Assembly (NCBI GenBank): GCA_037447605.1
Contig: JBBHKD010000036.1
Location: 1-7,184 of the forward strand
Source: Zygnema circumcarinatum SAG 698-1b
Taxonomy: Eukaryota > Plantae > Zygnematophyceae
Direction: 5' to 3'
DNA length: 7,184 nt
The translations under genes were made by a program, and so were the position numbers. The notes beneath the pieces were generated by a model. The model had not been told where the DNA came from and searched no databases. It was given only the letters and a program-made list of their open reading frames with translations. The number at the start of each line of letters is the position of its first letter. The first letter of the stretch is position 1. Below are positions 1 through 5,419 of this stretch, one piece after another.

Positions 1-359
1 TAGCTCGGGCGATGGCGAGGGAGGAGCCCAAAACCGTAAACCCGAGTTGATATGAGCTCGCAGCGAGCGAGCAGGCGCGGTGCGGTGGGCGCGAGGCGCC
101 GTGGCGGACGTACGTCAGTGCGGTGGTGACGCGCGTAGCGACAAAACGGAGGGCGGCGAGCGGCAGGCGGCGGAGGGAGCGCGGGGGGGCGAACAGGGGG
201 GGTCAAACCTGGCCCGGAGATACAAAGGTAAAATAATTGCTCTCTGGAATTCGTGACGCCCGAGCCTGTCAAACGTCCACTTTTCTCGGAATTGGGCTGC
301 CGTACAACGCGGAATTAGGGCCGGGGGTTTTCTGAATTGATTTGGCGGGGTCTTATTTA

Positions 360-516
360 GGGGGTGTCAGACTTAAAAAATTTCAGTACGCGTGTTCGTA
401 AGTTTGACATCAGAACGAGTACTCCAGTATAATAGCGATCCTCCTGCGGCGGAGTACTTTTGTAACCTTTTTTTTCGTAACGCTTTTCGTAAGATTTTGT
501 TAAGTCTGACACCCCC
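360..516. mobile_element. MITE-like non-autonomous DNA transposon (157 bp), perfect 17-bp TIRs, TA flanks
   Basis: GGGGGTGTCAGACTTAA (360-376) is the exact reverse complement of TTAAGTCTGACACCCCC (500-516). TA lies on both sides (358-359, 517-518). No coding capacity. A TA duplication suggests Tc1/mariner type, while the G-rich terminus resembles PIF/Harbinger, so the superfamily is unresolved. Confidence 0.8.
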
Positions 517-529
517 TATTGGCCGGAAC

Positions 530-648
530 CAGGGTGGAAAATATGAGGACCCCCTACTGTACTGTACTGTACAAAAGGAAGTACAGTACATCCACAGGTA
601 CAATTGCAGTTGCAAGTACAGTCAGCAGTCCTCATATTTTCCTCCCTG
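530..648. mobile_element. Second MITE-like element (119 bp), 21-bp TIRs with 1 mismatch
   Basis: CAGGGTGGAAAATATGAGGAC (530-550) vs reverse complement of 628-648, CAGGGAGGAAAATATGAGGAC. CAG termini resemble Tc1/mariner. TA follows the right end (649-650) but the left flank is AC, so the TSD is not confirmed. Confidence 0.7.
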
Positions 649-725
649 TACAGTGCGTCCCCAAGAAATTCGCCCCGATTTTGCCGAAACCACCTTTTTG
701 TACGGTAGCTCTGTGTTATCCGTAC

Positions 726-759
726 CCCTAAAACCCTAAAACCCTAGAAACCCTAGAAA
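726..759 (+). repeat. Short interstitial telomere-like array (CCCTAAAA)2(CCCTAGAAA)2 containing three AAACCCTA telo-boxes
   Basis: Units read directly: 726-733, 734-741, 742-750, 751-759. AAACCCTA at 731, 739 and 748. Confidence 0.85.
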
Positions 760-817
760 CCGTACTAGCCGTATTAGCCGTACTAGCCGTACTAGCCGTA
801 CTTGCTGTACTAGCCGT
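760..817 (+). repeat. 9-bp tandem repeat, consensus CCGTACTAG, about 6.4 units
   Basis: CCGTACTAG CCGTATTAG CCGTACTAG CCGTACTAG CCGTACTTG CTGTACTAG CCGT. Confidence 0.95.
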
Positions 818-900
818 TACGGGCTTCAGCAAAACTCACCGAATCTTCCCGCACGTGCCGCTGTAAGAGGCACTCGCTCGTCTTTCCTCCGTTTTGGCTC

Positions 901-941
901 CGATACGACACAATACGATACGATACTGAACGACACGGTAC
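901..941 (+). repeat. Degenerate (CGATA)n pentamer repeat, left part, ending in TSD GGTAC (937-941)
   Basis: cgata cgaca caata cgata cgata ctgaa cgaca cggta c. The repeat continues in phase after the solo LTR. Confidence 0.8.
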
Positions 942-1113
942 TGTTGGTGCAGGGACTCCTCCACTGCTGCCGGCTTCTCCACTCGCATCACCTTCCATCG
1001 GAGTTCGCGTTCCAATCGATGATGACATTTCCCAAACTCTCACATTCACTCATAGCCCATTTTACTCACAGAGTGAACCTCTCAGAATATGCACAGCGGA
1101 ATAACAGAGAGAA

Positions 1114-1123
1114 NNNNNNNNNN
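1114..1123. other. Assembly gap (10 N); further 10-N gaps at 1239-1248 and 2219-2228
   Basis: N runs in the sequence. The identical length suggests placeholder gaps of unknown true size. Confidence 0.95.
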
Positions 1124-1194
1124 CTTCTCAGAGTCTACAATAGCTACGTTGATAATCAGAAGTTAAAGATTAACAACCAAACAAAACAACACAC

Positions 1195-1200
1195 TATATA
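1195..1200 (-). promoter_or_regulatory. Candidate LTR TATA box (TATATA) in the solo LTR
   Basis: Lies inside the 73-bp block identical to the other LTR (TATATA at 5811-5816), downstream of the GC-rich U3-like core on the minus strand. Confidence 0.45.
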
Positions 1201-1438
1201 CGATGTCACAACATCCGTGACACTACCATGTTACGAAGNNNNNNNNNNCCACGTCACTTTCCGATTCGTCGCGTCGCGCCTCGTCACTTTTGACTCCGCC
1301 GCGCCGCGCCTCTTCCACCGACCAAATGTCCGTACCGCCGCCTACTAACTTAGGCGCGCACCGCCGCCAAGGAAACACACAACACAAACACACAAAACTA
1401 ATGTTCCAACAAAACATGCTAACTATCATACACTAACA

Positions 1439-1479
1439 GGTACGATACGATAGGATATGATGCGGTACGATACGTACGG
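1439..1479 (+). repeat. Degenerate (CGATA)n repeat, right part, starting with TSD GGTAC
   Basis: ggta cgata cgata ggata tgatg cggta cgata cgta cgg. Confidence 0.8.
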
Positions 1480-1575
1480 TTCAACATGAACTCTAACAAT
1501 CCCGCCCTTCTATTGGTAACACGAACCTTCTATTTGCAAAAATCAATATTTTCGCCTCATATTTGCCAAAACCAT

Positions 1576-1604
1576 GGCGAAAATATGAGGACTGTTGACT
1601 GTAC
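1576..1604 (+). mobile_element. Orphan TIR/subterminal fragment of the 530-648 MITE family
   Basis: AAAATATGAGGACTGTTGACTGTAC (1580-1604) matches the reverse complement of 616-640 (AAAATATGAGGACTGCTGACTGTAC) at 24/25. Confidence 0.6.
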
Positions 1605-2229
1605 AGTACTGCGGGTGCACGTGACGCAGTACAAAACTACCTATGGTCACATGAGATGGCAAGGCCATCAAAAGTACATGCACAACAACAACACGGAGAA
1701 CCACGAGGAACCAACAGGTCAATAAAGACCCTGAGATGAAAGGGAAAACGTTGAGCGGAACTTACTCTGCACCGCCGCCTCTGCTCGGCAGGCAGGCAGG
1801 CTCTGGTCGCAGCCTCTCCTATCCTATATGGTGTTATGTGTAAGCTGTAATCAACTGTTAGTGCTCTCTTCTCTATATGTCTCCTCATCTCTCAGAGCAT
1901 GACTCTGGGCAGATTGCTGTTGTACGGGGTTAGAGACCGTACAACGTGTTGTGGGACTAGGGAAAGAACTTTAGAATGTGGCTTGCAGATGTTGGGACGA
2001 GCGCGACCGTACGGAGACGGGAGCGCAAATAAGGGCCATTCTCCATCAGCCCGTTTCGTAACGAGCTCATTACGGTCCACGTAGGACGCCGTTTTGCAGA
2101 TAAAAAGACGAGTTCCATCAAAACGCCGTTTTCCAATCAGCGATCGCCACGTACACAATTTGCAGCGTCCGCCGTGGCCCACTGCGGTTACCGTACGCGC
2201 GTCGCTGCCGACAGTTTTNNNNNNNNNNG

Positions 2230-2652
2230 GCTAAGGGGGTTGAAAGACCCATCACCGAAAGGGTGGACATTAGTGGTGGTGAGAATGTGTGCGAATTCCA
2301 GGATCACTCAGAGTTAGTGAGCTCTAGGGAGGCCGGAAACACGGGCTTGTTGCATCCAAACAAGGATGGAGTTGAAGTGGAGGGGTCCTTTCAACCCAAG
2401 GTAGTTGAGCAGCCTGAGGACAAGGTTGTGGCTACAAAGGAATACCCGGTTGTTGGACCTATGAGGAGTTCAGCGGAAGCGCCCAGGATCGAATGTGGAA
2501 GGCGACCAAGTGAGGATCAAGAGGGGGATGATGATCTCTCGGGTCTTTGGATCAAGAGGGGGCAGCTTGTTAGGACAAGGGAGCATTCATTTGGTTGTGG
2601 GACACTAGAGAATAGTAGTGGTCTCATGGAACTAGGACCCATGGAGAACTAA
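2230..2652 (+). CDS. Open frame at the 3' end of an LTR element's internal region; acidic linker-like sequence ending in an RNase H-like C-terminal tail
   Basis: The frame is open from the gap edge (AKGVERPITERVDISGG...) to TAA 2650-2652, just before the PPT. The C-terminus LVRTREH...GTLENSSGLMELGPMEN* resembles the Copia terminus FVGTKEQ...GETLLVNCRLIGLGPAQN* in this window. The start lies in or before the gap. Confidence 0.45.
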   Translation, partial: AKGVERPITERVDISGGENVCEFQDHSELVSSREAGNTGLLHPNKDGVEVEGSFQPKVVEQPEDKVVATKEYPVVGPMRSSAEAPRIECGRRPSEDQEGDDDLSGLWIKRGQLVRTREHSFGCGTLENSSGLMELGPMEN

Positions 2653-2657
2653 GTACC

Positions 2658-2668
2658 AAGAGGGGGAT
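2658..2668 (+). other. Polypurine tract (AAGAGGGGGAT) of a plus-strand LTR element
   Basis: Directly abuts TGTTAGTGTA at 2669. Same junction as the minus-strand Copia element (AAAGAGGGGGAT|TGTTAGTGTA at 6421-6400). Confidence 0.85.
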
Positions 2669-3685
2669 TGTTAGTGTAAAGTAGTTAAGGACTTGTTGTA
2701 CACTAAGTTGTTGGTACTAAGTTCTAAGGAGGGGTGTGCTCAAAAGTGTCCACATTGTACGGAGGGGCGTCTAGGCGACCGTACAAGTCTTTAAGGGGTG
2801 TGCGTATAGCACGCAGAGTCTGATTTGGCAAGGCAAGGCATCAGAATGTCGGTGGAGCCAATCAGTGGTACGATTTGTAAGGCCAGGACCTCGAATGTAC
2901 GGACATTGGTCGGTGGCGCGGCGCGGCGTGGCGGAGTCAGATGTGACGTGGCGCGACGCGACAAATCGAGAAGTGACGCGGCGCGAATCAGCGCGCGGAG
3001 CAGAACTGACAAGGTACGGAGTCAGCAATGATTCATTTGGAGGACAGTGGCGAATCGGAAGACGCCACGTGTCGGGCTTAAGGTAAGGCCTGTACGGCCT
3101 AGGTCGGTGGCGCTCGTAGGCTTACGGGGTCCCACATGACGCCAAGTAATGAGGAGTCAGATCCTACGGTGGAGGACGCGGATGGAGATAAGGCTGAGGC
3201 GGATCTGACGGCAATGATGTGCTGGATCCGTACAAGCTGAGGAGGATCCGACGGCGCGAGATTAGGATCGGGATAAGGGTCTTGCAAGGCGTAGCATGTG
3301 CGGCCGTGATGTGACAATGTCACTAATGGCGCCATATTGTATTTAAGGGTTAGATTGTTTGGTAGAAGTTAACCTTCTCGTGACTCACATTGGGGAGTGA
3401 GGCTATCTTGCTTAGGGCCAAGAAGATAGTGGGAAGAGTTCAGCTTGTAGTGGGTGGTTTATTCACGTAGCTTGAGAAGAGGTGCTTGAAGCTTGGCTCT
3501 AGTGTTGTCAAGTTGTATTTCATCTTTATCTTAAGGAGTTTTAGGCTGGTGGCTTTCTCCTTACATTTTCATATTTCCGCTGAGTTGTTCTTCTTGCATT
3601 TAGCGCGCTATGCTGACGGAAGAATCTATTGAAGGAGCGTCGAGTTCTACACAAGGTAGGGGAGGGAGAAGCGGCGCTCTACCCG
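2669..3685 (+). mobile_element. 3' LTR of a related, diverged Copia subfamily (about 1 kb; right end approximate)
   Basis: PPT plus TGTTAGTGTA start. 2897-2981 aligns at 75/87 columns with the reverse complement of solo-LTR 1249-1335. Patchy collinear similarity to the reverse complement of 5420-6409 (gtcagatc-ctacgg, gaggatcc..ggcgcg.gat.aggat, aggagtttt, ttccgctg, aaggt...ggagaagcggc at 3665-3675). Candidate TATTTAA at about 3340. No canonical CA end was found. Confidence 0.75.
2943..2986 (+). promoter_or_regulatory. 30-bp-period U3 repeat GTGACG(T/C)GGCGCGA, including a TGACGTGG bZIP-type motif
   Basis: Copies at 2943-2956 and 2973-2986. Equivalent 30-bp-period copies on the minus strand of the solo LTR at 1249-1260 and 1279-1290. 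Confidence 0.5.
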
Positions 3686-4092
3686 CGAGGGCTGGGCGCC
3701 GCGAATACCGTGTCAAGCCGCCCATTACGACGCCTACGCCGGAATAATCCGGCTGACGGAAACTCCATTCTAAGGGTGGGGGTCCATCACGCTGTCTGCA
3801 CTGTACCACATCGGATCATGAGTCATGAAGGGAGAATTATGGTTCCATCGTGAGGTCGCTACAGCCCAATCACGGACACGCTGACACACTTACTGCCCAC
3901 TGCCCACCGCTGCTATCAGACGCTGCTGGGTTAGGGTTAGGTTGGGGGTTCGTGCAGTGCGGCCAAGGTACGCCACCTCGACCTACGGTCACCGCTAAGG
4001 CGGCGGCCGCTAAGGCCAGCCGCTGCATCTCTCGCATCTCGAACGGATCTTCAACGCCACGCGGCGGCGCACGATAGAGGTGAGTTCTGGGG

Positions 4093-4181
4093 AACTACGC
4101 CTGTACCTCCACGTCGGTCCTAGTCGGCGCCACGACGGCGCCACATCATCCTCCAAAACTACGCTTGTACCTCCACGTTGG
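4093..4181 (+). repeat. 25-bp direct repeat pair, 64-bp period
   Basis: AACTACGCCTGTACCTCCACGTCGG (4093-4117) and AACTACGCTTGTACCTCCACGTTGG (4157-4181), 2 mismatches. Confidence 0.8.
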
Positions 4182-4424
4182 CAAAAAAACGCTGATGGAT
4201 CGCGCGGCACCACGTGGTGCAAGCCGATTGGTCTCGCGCCGCGACAACATTATTGGGTGTCAGTGGCGGATAGTACGGACAGTCAGGGCAGGACGGTGGT
4301 ACGAAAATGTCGGCGCTGAATTGTAGGCCAGAAAGCTAGGGAGCTCTGAGGCCTAGAAGGGGTCTGACATTTAGGGGGTTGCAATATTTAATTCATTCTG
4401 CATGCATTCGTGAGACTAATGTAA

Positions 4425-5365
4425 ATGATATATTTAATCAATGATGGCAAAGCCATCAAACGCATAGAAGGAAATCAACATCGAACCAAAGCGGGATGTG
4501 GTCACAATGGACTAAAGGTCAAAGAAAAGCTTCCTTTAACGGATACGTCTACTCTAAGCCCAACAACACGGGCATCTGTGAATCCAAATTTCGCCGAAGG
4601 TCGCCAAGATGTGGCGCTAAAGACGCTGTAGAAGGGGCGGAGACCACGGACGAAGCACCAACAACCGCCGTGACGCCGAGGATGGTGTGGAAGGCAACGC
4701 CGCAGCGATAAATGCGTTGTCGATAAAAAGCCGCCAGGATCGCGGTGCTCGGCGTCGCATCTCAAAGGAGCCGGCGCGACCGCTAAGGAAAAACGCCCAA
4801 CCGAAAGCATCGAGGCAGCTGAAAATCTCGACCGCCAATGGAACAAACTCATCTACCGAAGTCGCGTGAGCATATGCGCCGCCTTACGGAGGGCCGCTGG
4901 GCTCGAGCAAAATGACGCCGCGGTGTGCGTGTAATCCGATAATAAGCCACGACGCAGTCGAATCACCCAATACAACGCTCCAAAATACGCCCCATCCAAA
5001 GAGCAAGGCCTGACGCATGCCGCCACCGGGTCGTAGTCTCAAGGTGGGGATAACATTGATTCCGGCCACCAGCATTGCAAGGTAACCCGCTTCCGGGAGC
5101 CACTCTGCCGGCATTGGGCCACGACCACATTAGGCCAAGATGCGCTGCCAACACGCGACACAATGGGGAAAAGGTGCACACCCCGCCATGATCAATCAAA
5201 CGACCACAACCACAACGGGGAGAGCCCTGCAAAGGGGGGTGGGGGAGCCCAAGACGAAGACGCGCAGCAAGCTGAAACTGGCTCGGAGAGAGTCGAGTCG
5301 AAGGGTGGAAAAAATCGGGGTAGCGGCCAACCACGTGTTGGTGTGAGGGGGCAGGAGAGACTAGT
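4425..5365 (-). mobile_element. Decayed 3' part of an RLE-type (CRE-like) non-LTR retrotransposon: zinc knuckle plus PD-(D/E)xK-type endonuclease domain and 3' tail; boundaries approximate
   Basis: Across frameshifts the minus strand gives, in canonical order: WLAATP (5333-5316), F..AARLRLGLP (RLRLGLP 5262-5242), CGCG...D..G.HL (5214-5171), EAG, LALWMGRIL-VVLGDST, DEFVPLAVEIFSCL (FVPLAVE 4847-4827) and FYRQRI (4728-4711). No RT part is present and no TSD or poly(A) was identified. Confidence 0.85.
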
Positions 5366-5419
5366 GGAAGGATAAAACATGCTTGAGTGAAACTACAAAC
5401 TTCTTCCACATCTACTTAG

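Larger units (their letters stand above)
942..1438 (-). mobile_element. Ty1/Copia solo LTR with 5-bp TSD GGTAC (two assembly gaps inside, true length unknown)
   Basis: TG...CA termini with 7/8 terminal inverted repeat (TGTTAGTG...CACCAACA on the minus strand). GGTAC at 937-941 and 1439-1443. 942-1113 matches 5420-5591 with 2 mismatches in 172 bp, 1162-1234 is identical to 5778-5850, and 1364-1438 matches 6334-6409 with one 1-bp indel. No PBS or PPT adjacent. Confidence 0.95.

Noticed and set aside
373-739. Overlapping ORFs of 70-115 aa
   Set aside because: They run across two MITEs and GTAC repeats and show no recognisable protein features.
760-817. CRISPR-like or other prokaryotic repeat array
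   Set aside because: Head-to-tail 9-mers with no spacers, no cas genes, and a clearly eukaryotic TE context.
142-896. 11-bp inverted repeat CAAAACGGAGG (142-152) / CCTCCGTTTTG (886-896)
   Set aside because: Too short for the 750-bp separation, not extendable, no TSD.
944-1348. 134-aa ORF and its 77-aa twin at 5383-5616 (GLLHCCRLLHSHH...)
   Set aside because: Both are antisense read-throughs of the same LTR end. The shared peptide reflects DNA repeat identity, the first crosses N gaps, and there is no domain signature.
1856-1863. TGTTAGTG, identical to the LTR start
   Set aside because: No PPT upstream, no LTR similarity downstream and no matching end or TSD.
3327-3334. TGGCGCC as a primer-binding site
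   Set aside because: It lies inside the LTR rather than just after a 5' LTR end. No 5' LTR is present in the window.
3928-3947. GGGTTAGGGTTAGGTTGGGG as an interstitial telomere
   Set aside because: Fewer than three units; kept only as context for the weak exon hypothesis.
4362-4379. GTCTGACA next to TTTAGGGGGT, both words also found at the 360-516 MITE ends
   Set aside because: Only 8- and 10-bp matches, in an order and orientation that do not rebuild the TIR; compatible with chance.
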